Shown piece by piece: positions 41,712 through 55,039 of a stretch of DNA of 64,000 bases. The position numbers and the translations under genes were made by a program. The notes beneath the pieces were generated by a model. That model was not told where the DNA came from. It was given only the letters and a program-made list of their open reading frames with translations, and searched no databases. The DNA is from Trichodelitschia bisporula (taxonomy: Eukaryota), in the NCBI GenBank assembly GCA_010356995.1, contig ML996688.1, positions 434,001-498,000 of the forward strand, written 5' to 3'. Every line of letters starts with the position of its first letter. The first letter of the stretch is position 1.

Positions 41712-44479
41712 ATGGCGTCTAACGCGACCAACCACTACCTTACAACAACATCATATAATCATTCCATAAAGCAGCTTCACAACCAACACGAACCTCCTTC
41801 CCAACATCGTCCAAGTCAAAACCAAGCTCATCTCCCGCCTTTAGGTCAAGCTCTCAAGTTACCCGGACTGTCGGGCCCGGACCCCGCCCTCAGTGTGAGC
41901 AGCTTGGATACTACATTAGGCGGAGGTGAGGATGCAAACGACACCACGGCAAATCTAAGTCCGCAACAGCCCGGCACGTCTTCGCACCCGGGGTGCGTCT
42001 CTCTGCCTTTCGCCGTGATGCCGAAAACTAATCTCGAGCAGGTCGGCTTCAAAAGGCCCCGAGTCAAAGCGCTCACGCGCTTGCGATTCCTGCCGTGGCT
42101 TAAAAGTCAAGTGCCAACCAGGGGGAGAGCATCCCCAAAACGCTTGTAGGCGATGTGCAAAGGCCAACCGCACTTGCATTGTTACGCCTCCGACGAAGAA
42201 GAGGACGAGGAAGACCGACAACAAAGTCGCCGACCTGGAACGCAAGCTGGACGAACTCAAAGCCAGGCTTGAGTTGACCGAGGAACAGAAAGAGAAGGAC
42301 AGGGCGAAGGAAAGGGCAAGGGACAGGCCTGAGGAACGGGATCCACCCACCATGATGCCCAAGCCTCCCGTCAAGAGGCAGCTAAGCCCGTCGCACTCCC
42401 CGTACGACTACTACCCACCGGACACGAAATCGGTTCCTGACATTCGCTCGTCTTCGCTGACGGTGGGACATGACGACAGATCACCGAACAAAAGATATCG
42501 CGTGTTGGGCAATGAAGTGAGTGTGCTTGTGGGGAGGGGATGTTCGCATGGTTGGCTAACTCGCTGTAGCCTCGATGTGGTAACGAGCGGTCTCAGAACG
42601 AGTTTGTGGAGAATGCAGGCCGAGACGAACGAGGGGCAAGCATCTACAACCAGCGGGGCCCTGTAGTTTTCGACCATTCGGATATTGATGGCAAAATCGA
42701 TGCGATCATCTCCCATCGAACCGCGGAACATCTCTTCGACCGTTACGTCCACGAGTTCGTACCTAACTTCCCTGCCGTCACCTTCCCGCCTGGAACCAAA
42801 GCCAGCGATGTTCGGAGAAACAAGCCTATACTGTTCTTGTCCATCCTCAGCAGCACGTGCTTTGGCGCCGGGCTTGATGATGACACGCAAAGTCGGTTGG
42901 AGGAGGTTCTGCGCGAGCAATTCGCGACCAGCATGTGGAAGAACGGAGAGAAGAGCTTGGAGCTGATCCAGTCCCTTCAGGTCCGTCCGTGTTGCGACTC
43001 GACGATGCGTTCTAACTTGCGTGTAGGTTGCAACGCTCTGGTACCGCCCTCCGGAAAACTTCGAGCAGCATATGCACTATCAGATGGTGCACATGTCTGC
43101 GGTTATGGCTATCGACATTGGTATGGGTAAGCGGGGGCCGGTGTGGAAGAAGCTTTTCCCCAATGACCAGCGGCCTCAAGACCAACGACCCCGACTCCCC
43201 AGTGTCCATGATAATGCCGAAGCTCGGCGGGCTTGGTTGGTGTGCTACTTTCTCTGCATCAGCATCACGATGATTCTGCGACGGCCCATCCTCGTTCGGT
43301 TTACAGACTATATGGAAGACTGCCTCGCCTACCTCGAGACGGCCGAGGATGCGCTTCCGTCGGACAAAATACTGTGCCAACACGTCAAGCTTGCCAATAT
43401 TGCCGAGCGAATCGCAGCGGAATTTCACATGGACGACCCAGCCGTCAGCCTTTCAATCCAGGATGGCAAAGTTACTACGAGCATCAAACGCTTTGAAGAA
43501 AACCTGGCCGATGTCCGGACTCGAGTCATCGATGACAAGGCCTTGTTACTCGCCGAGCATGTCACCAACCTCTATCTCCACGAAATCGCTCTACACTCAC
43601 AGAACAACGTCGAGGATTTCAAGACGCCGTTTACGGAAGAAACTTTCAAGAACTCAGCGGGCCCGAGTGTCCTTGGTCCTCATCACATCCAGGCCTTGAC
43701 AGCATGCCAAACGTCATGTCACAAGATCCTCCATACATTCCTGTCCCTTGAAATTGACGTCATCTACGTCTTGCCCGTCCTCTTTTGTGAGTGTGTGAGA
43801 TGCTGCCGATGTGCACAAGCTTACAAGTTTAGGTGTACGGTGCATTTACGCTATGGTAGTCATGATCAAGCTGTACATGGCCGCGAGCTCGGAGGATCTG
43901 GCAAACGTCATCAAGAAGGATGACCTTCGAATCGAGCAATACCTTGGGGAGCTGGAGCAGAGGTTCCAGACGATAATGTCGCGCGATGCGAGGAGCCCTC
44001 ATTCCAAATTCTTCTACGTCATCCGTCGCCTTGCCGAAAAGTATCAAAACATCAAGCAGGGCAAGGGAGGCCCCCTCAGCAGAAGGGCCACGCCTCCGAC
44101 AGGCCAAGAGGTCCGGCAAGCGGGGAACGCGGTCATGCAGCCTGCCCAAGGACTTGATCTCCTTAGCCAAGCAGCCATGGGGAACAACTACAGCAACGGG
44201 GCGATGCCGGCCAACGGGCAGGTCCAACAGCCTCCCATGGTACCGCAGGCGGGTTGGTACCAGCCGGTGTCAACGGATGCAGGCGGCATGCCCATGGACC
44301 CGAATTACCAGTATGCGGGTGGGATGCCCATGTACGACGCGTTCGACTACGGCCTCCAGGGGATGAACCTAGTGATCGACGGGGCGATATCCGGCCTTTT
44401 TGGGCCAGATACGTTCTGGAACGTGGATCAGTCTACGAATATGTATCCGCAGAACGGCGGAAATGGCGGATGGGGTTAA
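41712..44479 (+). CDS. Zn(II)2Cys6 transcription factor with fungal TF middle-homology region
   Basis: RACDSCRGLKVKC-x9-CRRCAKANRTC followed by a coiled coil; ARRAWLVCY motif. Exons 41712-41992, 42042-42516, 42570-42980, 43027-43786, 43833-44479. Confidence 0.92.
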
Positions 44480-45776
44480 AGGAGCAAGAGCCATTCCGAA
44501 AAAGTCGTGGCCGCCTTTGGCCAAGTTACTGAGTATAAGGCGGGAACTATTCCGGAGGCGTGCCATAACTTTTTTTCGGATGGCCCTTGGAGGAGACAGA
44601 GAATGATGAGGGGGTCATAGGCGTATTTTCGGGATTCGGATTCACCGGCGTCGTGGAGTCTTGGGCTACAGTGGGGTTGGAGGAGTTTGGTTGCTCAACA
44701 CATTCTTCAGTCGTGGGCAATTCAGGTAACGGGTGTTTGGAAAGGGCTGCGGAGTTGGAGGCGAATACGGGGAAGAGTAACACTCTGTACTAATCACTTG
44801 ACACTCTCATCAGTGTATATGTACATATGATGAATGCACGTTGACCAACGGCCAAGAATGAAGGGGGTCAGATGAGCAGGCAGGATGCAAGCACCTGGTT
44901 ACCGTACCGAGGACCGGTAGACTATCCCTGAGATGCTGTGCAGATGAACCGAGCATCCCGTATGGCGTGCGTACATGCGTAATGCACAATGCACACATGG
45001 CGACGGGGAGGGGGTTGTTGCAGCGCAACTGTGGCAGGCAGCGGGCAGGTGAAGCAAGCGAGCCAGCATCCTGTAAGCAAGCATCCTGCAAGCCCCTCAT
45101 CTCATCTTCGAGTCCAGATGGTTGAGGCCTCGGATCTCTTGTTTGCCCTTAGATGATGCCCCTCTACCGTATGCCCTCCAACCCCTCTCCATACTCACTC
45201 CCCCCTGGCGGTTCGGCGGGTTGGACTGTGCTAAATAAGGACTAGCGGAAGGTGGCTTGTTTGCGGGGTTTAAGCCTTAAAAAGGTGGCGCTATGACGCG
45301 CTAAGTTAAGGTTATTACCGGCGGTCCATGGGTGGGCCGAAGGGAAGGGAGTTGCCGTGTACGCCCCCTCAACGACCAAAAGTCTTTGCATTTGTTTGCG
45401 GGGAAACTTGCGCGAGAGATCCTTAGCATATCGTACCGTAACTTCCTGGCAAGGGTGGCAAGTGGATCAACTGAGACCAGTCTGTTCTCGGTGCTAGCTC
45501 GTGGTCCCCTGAGCCCTTTGAGCTTGTCAGCACCGACATCGCATCTCCTCGCCATCGCACTTCTCATGCTCTGTCATGAGCTCCCTCCCTTAGTTCTAGT
45601 ACATCCCCCTCCTTGAATACCAGTCGTTCTTAACTGCTATCCGAGCGGTGTGACGACTTCTCTATTTCCCCCACTCAACATTATTCTTACCGTTGGGAAC
45701 CTCCGCGACATTCCATGTTCCGCAGGGACGACACGAGCAGGAGCCCATACGTCATACATCACGGCCCTTCGCCATC

Positions 45777-48110
45777 ATGGTTCGCAAGCCCGAGCGCAAG
45801 CTGCCGGTGCAGCAACTCACTATTCTGGGTATATATTCCTATCTCAATAGAAAGCCCTTGGTAGCCTTCCACGTGCTAATCACAATATCAATCAAACAGC
45901 AATTGCGAGACTTAGCGAGCCAATAACCCTTACGTCCATCTTCCCTTACTTGCCGGAGATGATCGAGTCCTTTGGCGTCCCGGAGACTGATATTGCATTC
46001 TGGGCCGGTACTGCGTCCGCCATGTTCTCCGTCAGCCAATGTTTGACCGCCGTGTCGTGGGGGCGCGCATCCGATAGGTTTGGGCGCAAGTACATTGTGC
46101 TGCTCGGACTGGTGAACGCCATGATCACAAGCTTGATCTGGGGTTTCTCTACCTCGCTCCCCATGGCAATAACTGCGCGCGCGCTGAGTGGCGCCGGCAG
46201 CGGTAATGTGGGCATCATCAGAACCATGGTTGCCGAAATGTGCCCTTGGAAGGTGGGTGGGGGTGGCATGGCGCTTTTGCCCTCATGGTTACCGTGCTGA
46301 CGCTTGAATTACAGGAACTCCAGCCCAGGGCTTTCAGCCTGATGCCTCTCGTCTACAGCATTGGGAGTGTCCTAGGTCCAGCCTTTGGCGGCGCCTTGTC
46401 GAATCCCTACCGCCGCAAACCGTCCGAGGGTCCGGATGATCCTCGCGGGCATGGTGGTCTGCTCTGGCGCTACCCGTACGCCCTGCCAAACATTGTGTCG
46501 TCGGTGTTTTTCCTCATTGGCATTACAGTCGGCGTGCTCTTCTTGAAAGAAACGCTCGACTCTAAGCGAGGTCAGCCGGATTACGGCCTTTTGCTGGGTC
46601 AGAAATTGCAGGGGGTGGTTGTAAGAGGCGTCACTCGGGCAAAGAACATTTGGCGGCAAGCGCGGGGTGCTGAAACAGAACCGCTCCTGCGCGCCAATCG
46701 CCCGTATACCCCGCCGAAGGATGAGGAGTCCTCGGTGCCTTTGGCCCCGACGACGAAGCGTGAAAGCGCGCCCGGATACCGAGAGGTAATCACACGTCAA
46801 ACGGCGCTAAACCTGGTGGTATACACACTGCTGGCAATGCACTCCACGGCATTTGATCAGCTGCTCCCAGTGTTCATGCATCATCCAAGAGCGGGAAAGA
46901 ACGTAGATGAGATTAAGCTGCCGCTAAATTTCAATCGTGGTTTTGGTTTAAGTAGGGCTGCCATTTCTTTTCCCCACAACGCCGCATGACGCGCATTACC
47001 CGATCTTCAGCCTTGATAGGCTTTTTTTCGTCTGTTATCACTGACTAAAGAATTACCCTTCTAGGATCTAGCCGGATCGGAGCCTTGTTCACGGTGAACG
47101 GATTCGTAGGCATCTTCTACCAATTTTTCCTGTTTCCGCCGTTGGCGCGCCGCTACGGCGTGCTCCACTGTCTGCGCATCGTCCTTTCGGTACTAACAGT
47201 AGTATACGTTTTCGTACCATTCGCGACGCTCGTGCCAAATGAGAACGGCGCACAGGCCGCGCTCTTTGGCCTCTGGCTCGTCAAGAGCCTGTGCTGCATC
47301 TTTGCCTTTCCCTGCTCTACTATTCTGCTGACCAACACGGCGAGCTCGCTGCGCGTCCTGGGCACGGTCAACGGTATCGCAACCAGCACGGGCGCCGTGG
47401 GACGAGCCATCGGCCCGAGCGTCGCGGGAGTAGTCTTCAGCCGGGGCGTGCGCCGCAATTTCATCATCGCCCCGTTCTGGCTCCTCTCGCTTGTTGCAGC
47501 TTGTTCTGCAGTGGTGAGTGCCTGGTTAGTCGAGGGCGAGGGGTTCGGAGGCGACGACGATGACGCGGCTGATGAGAGCGACGAGGATAAGCTGGATGGG
47601 GCTGAGGGGGATGATGAGCCGGTGGAGGAGTACGATGAGCTAGACGAGGAGGACGAGGTGCCAGAGGGCGACTTTGCGCCGCTGCTCAGCCGCGCCTCTA
47701 CGCTGTCGCGCGGCCGCGAGCGGGCGTATAGCTTTGGATCGGCTGGGCAGCGCGGCTCGGGGTGGGGTTACAGCATGGGCGGGGCGAGCCCAGGCGGGGC
47801 TGGTCTGGGCCCGGAGGGGACGCGCAGCGCCTCACTTGCGTCGGCGGCGATTACGGAGGGGAGCAGCGAAGTCGGCGATGGGGACTACGAGGGAGCGGAT
47901 GCAGAGGCCGGGTTTTCCGGGTGGGCGCCGCTGGTGCAGACTGGATCGGCGCCTGGACGGGGTGCGGTGGAGGCGAGGCGTCCGTCGATGGGTGTGAGGA
48001 GGAGGAGGAGTAGTGTCCCCATTGGGATGGGGATGGGGTTTAGGCGGATGAGCTCGAATTTGGGGACGAGTAGGAGTGGGTATGGGGATGGGGGGGGGCT
48101 GGCGGGGTAG
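45777..48110 (+). CDS. MFS transporter (YCR023C/ZIFL-like)
   Basis: EPITLTSIFPYL, motif A WGRASDRFGRK, GNVGIIRTMVAE, QPRAFS, many TM helices, acidic tail. Exons 45777-45828, 45900-46252, 46315-46951, 47065-48110. Confidence 0.93.
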
Positions 48111-48523
48111 TGTTGGCTTGGATGTGGTGCGTGCGTTTGTGGAGTTTGGAGGGGTGCGTGGAGGGGAGAGCGGGGTGTGGCGCTTGGAGGGGGAGGGGTT
48201 GTGATTAGCGAGGCTGAGAAGGGAGCGGTGTGGATGTGGGTTGGGTTTTGGGGTGGACCGAGATAGGAAGTCTGGTGGCGTTAAGCCTTTTTTGGTTCGA
48301 TGAGGCGGTTACAGTGGGCACGAGGACTGAGGGGTAGAGAGGTTGAATAGTCCGTGGCATTTTTACATGAATGAGGATTCTAGCGATATACCGTGGCGCA
48401 TATACGTCGAGCATGGTCCAGCAGCTGGGCAATGCGATGCGCGCGCGAATGTACAGAAGCGCGGCTCCCGCTACTTCCATACATTGTGTGTATGCACAAT
48501 TGCGGGAATGCGCATGACGGCCG

Positions 48524-48571
48524 AACAGCGTGCCGGGAACAGGCGTGCCGGTAACAGGCGTGCCGGTAACA
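48524..48571. repeat. 15-nt tandem repeat (AACAGGCGTGCCGGT) x3
   Basis: Three near-identical copies read directly. Confidence 0.85.
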
Positions 48572-49847
48572 TGTACGATACGACAGCCTTTCGGGATACA
48601 GTATCGCGGGAAGCGAGCGGCGTGATCTGGAGAAGCAAGTCAGCCAGCCAGACTCGCGCCCCCCCTCCCCGCACGCCAGACCAACGGCTCCCTTCCGCAT
48701 CCAGACACGGAGCATCCGGCTGCGCGGGCCTGCGCGGGTTAGTGCCGGGTTACAGGCGCGCTGTTGCGACGACGCCGGCTGGCGGGCCAGGGTTATCCGA
48801 AGAATTCATGGCCGGCCTGCCCAGGTGTCTTCGCGGACGGGAACGGTCGCCACTTTCTCGAGTGGGCCGGGAATCTGCAGCCTGGGTGCCTTGCATTAGC
48901 GCCCCTCGTCCCACTCGAGCAAGTCAAGTCACGACAACACAAGCGCATGTCGAGAAAAAAGCAGCATCTCCACCTCCGCCGCTACCGTACTCCCCGTCTC
49001 GTCCGATCTCCAGCTGCAGCTAGCCGGATATCGGGGCCGCCGTACCGGTACCAACCGCTGACCTCCCTGCCGCAACCAGCGCCTAACTGCTGCAGCCGCC
49101 GCTGCAACCGCTGCCACCGCGATGACAACTGACACCTGACACGCTTGACACTGACAAGACCGGGCCTGCGACCCGCATGCACCAGGCCGGAGACGTGGGG
49201 GCCGCGCGACGCGCCCGCCAAGTCGCAGCAGCGCGAGGCGAGGCGCCGGATCAGCGTGATATCAGCGTAGGATCTAGCCGCGCGCTCCAGCCGGGCCAGC
49301 CGGGCCGGTCGGGCCAGGATTGCGACCCGGATGCGCGCTGTGGAGCCGACGTGTGAAGTACCATCAGCGCGCGCGTGGCCGTGCCTGTGTGGACGGGGGA
49401 AGGGGCGGCTACCGTCGCACACGATAGACTGGGTAGGCATGCATAGTAGGATTTACCATACTATGCGGTACCGACGTGGTAGCGTGGGGTTTGGCGAGGG
49501 GGTTAATATACGAGTCGAACAAGCGCGCGGCGAGGGCAGCGCAAGCGGGGCGGGGCGGTGGGCCGATATACCCCGACATATTTGTTTTCCCCCTCCCACT
49601 TCACCGCATCCCCCGTAGGTGCCGTCCCCCATTTCAATTCCCCGTTTCTGGTTCCTTTCCTATCCCCAGGCTACGCGCGCACCTACCGCGCCGTGCCAGC
49701 GCAACGCACAGCATGCCAGCGTATACCCATCGCCCACGGGCCCGAAACAAGCCCAGCGGGCCAAGTCATAACCTTAACCGCAATTTATATACACGGCGCC
49801 AAGCGCAGCCGGGCACTGTATTAAGGTACGCCGGCGCACCTCGCATG

Positions 49848-49871
49848 CCCCCCCCCCCCCCCCCCCCCCCC
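49848..49871. repeat. Poly-C homopolymer (24 nt)
   Basis: Read directly. Confidence 0.95.
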
Positions 49872-50546
49872 GGCCCGCTCTGCAAAGCTTTTGTAAGCCC
49901 ACCTGATGCCTCGCAGGGCCGGTGCATTGCATCCCATGCCAGGAAAAACGGCTGTCCGTTCCTGATAATGGGGGCGCCGGGGGGAGGGGGTTAGCGCGGG
50001 TGGGCGATGGTGAATGAGCACCCCTGGACACCCGGCCTTCCCGGTCCTCCCACTCCCCAGGCTTTGTGGGTTCGGTTTTGGATTGAGAGTGGCTGCCCGA
50101 TCGGCTTCGCGCGCGGGGGCGTTGGGACGTGCGATGACCGTGCGCTTGGGGGTGGGGAACGACTACTGCGTACGCGCGGGGCGTGGGGAGGGGGGGTATG
50201 GGATACCAATATGTTCTTTATCCCCCCCCCTTTCCTCTTCTACCATCCCCCAGCCCTGTCCACCACATTCTCTTGCCTCCCTCCTGCCCATCTACGGTCC
50301 AAGCGCTTGGCCATATATAGACCGTTCGGCGGCGTCATATCAACCGCCAACGCACCTACCCCTCACTCACTCCCATCCCCACGCTTATAACCCCACCCCA
50401 CCCACGCGCCGCAGGTGAGGGACCTGCAGCCTTTCGCGCCCGCCTCGTCGACTCTTTTCCAACAGCACTTCCTTCCATCACCCCTGCGAGATCGGGGTCC
50501 GGGGGGAACAGCAGCAGGCCAGCTAAACATACGAAGGACGCTGACA

Positions 50547-51770
50547 ATGACCGATCCCAACCTCCACGTCCACCACTACAACCCCGCCGTCGACCGGGCC
50601 CGCGCCGCCGCCTTGGCGAAGCAGCGCATCAAACGCCTCGTCGACGCGTACGCCCAGGGCCGTCCGCTGTTCCCGCGAGCTGTGCTCGAAGACGTGGATC
50701 GCCAGCTGTCGGCCGCGCCGGCCGTGGTTACGATTGAGGACTTCGAGGGCGTGCGCAAGGAGTACAAGCTGGATAAGTCGCGCGTGCGCCCGCGCAAGTC
50801 GCAGTATCCCCGCGGCCGCGTCAAGTGAGCTTCATCCCCCGTCAGGGCGCCGCATGCCTTGCCCCTCCCCCTTCCCCACTCAGCACCCCGCTAACCTCCT
50901 CCCCAGAGTCGTCTGGCGCCCCGCCTACCACTCCTACGAGCAGCTCGTGCACGACGCAGAAGCGCGCTGCGGGCCGCCATACCCCGCGCCCATCACGCTG
51001 GGCCTGTATGTGCAAGACGTGCCCAGCTACCCGCTGCGGCAAGTGGCGAGCGAATTCGAGCACCACCGCGGCGCATGGGAAGCCAGCGGGGCAAGCTCTA
51101 CACTGATAGCCGCGCTAGCAGCCGCGCCCGTCGCCCGCCGCATCACGAAGATCGTCGCCTTCGGTCTCGGGTCACTGAGCCGGCTCGGGTGCCCGGACAC
51201 GACGCGCGCGGCCGTGACGCAGCACTGCGCGCTCGTCGCCATGGCGGCGGCGCTGCGCGACTTGCATGGCCGGGGGGTTGCGTGCTACGCCCAGGACCCG
51301 GCGTACACGGATGTTGACGCTGACATCCTGGCTCGGCTGGGCGTTGGGGTGGTGGATGATCCGCGCGGGTTTTTGGCGGTGGATGAGCGCACGCTCGTAT
51401 TTGCCGTCAGTCCTGATGTGCCGGTCAAGCAGATTGTCGTGGATGGGCCTTGGCCGGCTGCGATGGTGTGGAATACGGTTTTGCCTGAAGCGCGGCAGAT
51501 GCGCGAATGGAGCCCGATTGAGGGGCCGGATGGGTTGCTGGTTACTGTTAGGTATGTGTTACTGGGAGGGGCTGTTTCTTCTTGGTATACTGACGTCGCA
51601 GTCCGTTTTGCACGGATCCCGATTCGCTGCGTGTCCGCGACATGGTGCAGCATTACGACGAGGCACCATTCCACACGGGCCGGTTACAGTGGGGGCGCTT
51701 GTCGATGTACACCCGACGGAGAGTGTCGCGGAGTGCGCGGATGGGAGGGATCAAGGCTTCGGTAGAGTGA
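50547..51770 (+). CDS. SRR1-like domain protein
   Basis: KIVAFGLGSL, TQH, CYAQDPAYT..D..L, DPRGFLAVDERTLV. Exons 50547-50824, 50907-51551, 51602-51770. Confidence 0.8.
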
Positions 51771-52503
51771 AGGGTGATAAGGAGTAAAAGAGGCGCCTTC
51801 AGGAGATTGAGCACGAAGGTCCGGCCAGAAGGTCGGGTCAGGTTGGCCAGTGAGGCGGCACTAGAGCATGGGTAAGTCGGAGCTTCCCTGTGATAGATGC
51901 CGTGTATTGACGGGTATTAGGACGTCCAGGGGCTGCTACAGGCCGTGATACGGACCGAGACGGGCATGGGGAGAGGGACTCAGCGTATCTCGAGGGCGTC
52001 CAGATGATACAGGCTGATACGGTCATCTGGAGCAAATCCGCAAGTATTCAGAGGGCATCCAGATCTACCAGTCGCGCCTGGCTCGGCGTAGTCAAAAGCA
52101 CTGCGCAGTGTAAGCAGCTGAACCAGACAAGTGGGGTTGTTGAGGGCGCAAGGCAGAGACGCAGCCTTGGGGCTGGGGGAGGTAGTAAGACGAGAAGATA
52201 TGAGCGAATGTACTCACAGCATCCCTTTCCCATAGTCCAAGCTCACATACTCCATAGGAGTGGGTGAAGGAAGTGATAGAACGAATCTTCAACTTTCGTC
52301 CCATCTGCAGCCCCCACCCCCGCGCCGCATCTATCTGACATGTGCTTACCAAGGCGCAAGGGTCTCACGCCCCGCACGCCACAACGTCATATCCCGCCAG
52401 TCCGGGCGGCCGGAGGGGCAGCCTCGAAGAAAACATAAAAACAGCTGGCAGCCGCCGCACAACCGCCGCACACCCCCACCCCCCTCCCCCCCAATTCGCA
52501 ACA

Positions 52504-53337
52504 ATGACCCCGCGCCTCTTCATCATCCGCCACGGGGAAACCCAGTGGTCGCTAAGCGGGCAGTAAGTGTCTCCCCGCTCCCTCCCGCTCCACCGCACTC
52601 ACCCCGTGCCCCAGGCACACGAGCACAACGGACATCCCGCTGACAGCCGCGGGCGAAAAGCGCATCCAAGCTACGGGTCGCGCGCTCGTCGGGCCGGACC
52701 GACTGATCGTGCCCGACCGCCTGGCGCAAGTGTACGTGTCGCCGCGGGCGCGGGCGCGCCGCACGCTCGAGCTGCTGGGCCTGGGGGTTGGCGACGCGCT
52801 TCCGTGGCAGACGGCAACCGGGAACGAGGACTGGGATGAGAGCGTGCGGTGCGCGGCAAAGGTCACGGTGACCGAGGATGTGCGCGAGTGGGACTATGGA
52901 CAGTATGAGGGGTTGACGAGTAAGGTGATTAGGGAGGAGAAGGGCGCGCCCGGATGGGATATCTGGCGCGATGGATGTCCCGGGGGTGAGTCGCCTGAGG
53001 ACGTTATGCAGCGGTTGGATCGCATCATTGCGGAAATAAGGGACAAGTACCATGCGCCTGCGCTGGCGTGCCCGCCTGAGGAGTGTCCTCCCGCCGACGT
53101 ACTGATTGTTGCGCATGGTCATATTCTGCGGGCTTTGGCAGCGAGATGGGTAGGGAGGAATGTGGCGGATAATCCGTCCTTGATCTTGGAGGCTGGAGGC
53201 GTGGGGACGTTGAGGTACGTGGCCTGGGAGCATGGAGACGGGGATTTTCGCTGACCGGTGCTAGCTATGAGCATCATGCGGTTGATGAGCCGGCGATTCT
53301 GCTCGGCGGTGCGTTTGTTGTACCGGGAGAGATGTGA
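52504..53337 (+). CDS. SHB17: Histidine phosphatase, sedoheptulose-1,7-bisphosphatase-like
   Basis: RHGETQWS..HTS.TDIPLT, SPR.RA, REWDYG.YEGL, WDIWRDGC, VAHGH.LR, LSYEHH. Exons 52504-52562, 52615-53214, 53265-53337. Confidence 0.9.
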
Positions 53338-54090
53338 GCGCGCACCTTGATTGTCCTACTGAACGGTCGCATGGTGGTTGCTAGGGTTTATCGTGGGTCT
53401 GGGGCAACAACAGCAGACGGTAGCAAGCCGCTTCTTCGACATCCCGGGAAGGGTATCAGCTTGCTCTTTCGGTCCCTGAGGAGTCATTCATCCGGACGCA
53501 AAGATCAACAAACAAGAATCTCGGGTCTTGATACCGGGTTGGTGTGACCGAGGATACCTCTGATCGGACAGTAATTGGCGTAGATGAAGAGCGAGGACGT
53601 ACGCTTCCTGCATAGCGAAGGACGGCATCAGCTGTGCCAACACATTCTATTGACTACGGGTTGGATATCGTCAGCCTGACAATCAAATGGTCGCACACCG
53701 GGTCCGATTGCTTGTGTGACATTCGATTTGCATATCGTCCGCCGACGGCCCGACATTCGATCGCCGTACACAATACCACATCCGGGAGCATGCCGTCCGG
53801 CTTGGTAGCATTCGTTCTGCACTAAAGTAGACGCTTTTCGTGTTGGTTAGCGACACCTCGAACATTGCGGCTAGACTCCACTCAAAAGTTGTGCTCAGCC
53901 CACGGCGTTGATCCTCGTTGTGGTCATGACCGGCTGATCTCGATCGAGTAGGAAGCTGGAAGCATTGTTAGTAAAGGCTAGGTAATGGGGAACGAGACAC
54001 ATGAAAGCCGTGGTGGCTGTGGATGCTTATTTTGAACACATGAGTCCTAGTAACGGATCCAACGGATCCTGAGCGTGAGATGCAAGATTA

Positions 54091-54157
54091 AGATGAGAGC
54101 AGAGCTAGATGAGAGCAGAGCTAGATGAGAGCAGAGCTAGATGAGAGCAGAGCTAGA
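54091..54157. repeat. 16-nt perfect tandem repeat (AGATGAGAGCAGAGCT) x4
   Basis: Read directly. Confidence 0.95.
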
Positions 54158-54955
54158 CGCGATATACATTGAGATATTGATGGCGAGCTGAAGTCGTTCA
54201 GAGATTGCCGCGTCTACTGACCAAGCCTCCCTTCTAAAGGCAGCCATACTGTGTAGTTGTGAACGGCAAAGAACAACCCTGGACTCTTCGCCACTTTAAC
54301 CCACGACTAGAACTAGCGACTCACGACGCCAGTGTCCATGGCTGCCTTTGCAACTGGCTTCATCACAGCTATTCGCATCAGCATCTCCACGATATGGAAC
54401 CAACATCAACACATGACATGCCATATGCCCACTTGCTCCGATCATCCCCATAGCTTGAGCATCACCGGTCCAATAAAGGCCGATACCCCGAGTTGGGCTC
54501 TGCAGTTTCGGTCCATACGCCAGCTAGAGCTGACATCCACAAGTCCCAACACCTAAAATACGGCGTGTGCGACAGTCACACAGACAAAACCAACATCCAG
54601 GGACGAAGCTTCTCTCTGGGTGACTAGGAAAGGACAGTCAGCAGAGGAATGACAGGCCTACGGGTAACTGAGGGGAGCAGAAAGCATGGAAGAACAGCTC
54701 GAAACAATACACTTCTTCCGCATCTCGACCGTCGATTTCGCCTTCCTGTCGGGAACTTTGAACAGTCTAGAGAAGACAAAGAGGCCTTTTCCAGCCGTGG
54801 ACCCGCGCATGCTCCGCAGAAGTGCCGAAGGGGTTATGTGTGACGTGATACAGCGGGAGATGAGTCTGCCACGCGGGATTCCCTAGGCTCTGGAACCCGA
54901 ACGTGGACTCTTGAGGCTTTTCTCCACGAGATTGCTTCATGGATCTCTTTACGGT

Positions 54956-55039
54956 GATGGATGGACCTGCGATGGATGGACCTGCGATGGATGGACCTGC
55001 GATGGATGGACCTGCGATGGATGGACCTGCGATGGATGG
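54956..55039. repeat. 15-nt perfect tandem repeat (GATGGATGGACCTGC) x5.6
   Basis: Read directly. Confidence 0.95.

Noticed and set aside
44827..44931. ATGATGA...CTGA as a second C/D snoRNA
   Set aside because: No recognisable rRNA-complementary guide and no clear internal C' box.
53335..53360. Stop-codon readthrough to a cryptic PTS1 in metabolic genes (SHB17, GLK1, ARG5,6)
   Set aside because: None has the TGA-CTA context, and I saw no downstream in-frame SKL-like end.
54091..55039. Tandem repeats as a CRISPR-like array
   Set aside because: No spacers, eukaryotic context and no cas genes.
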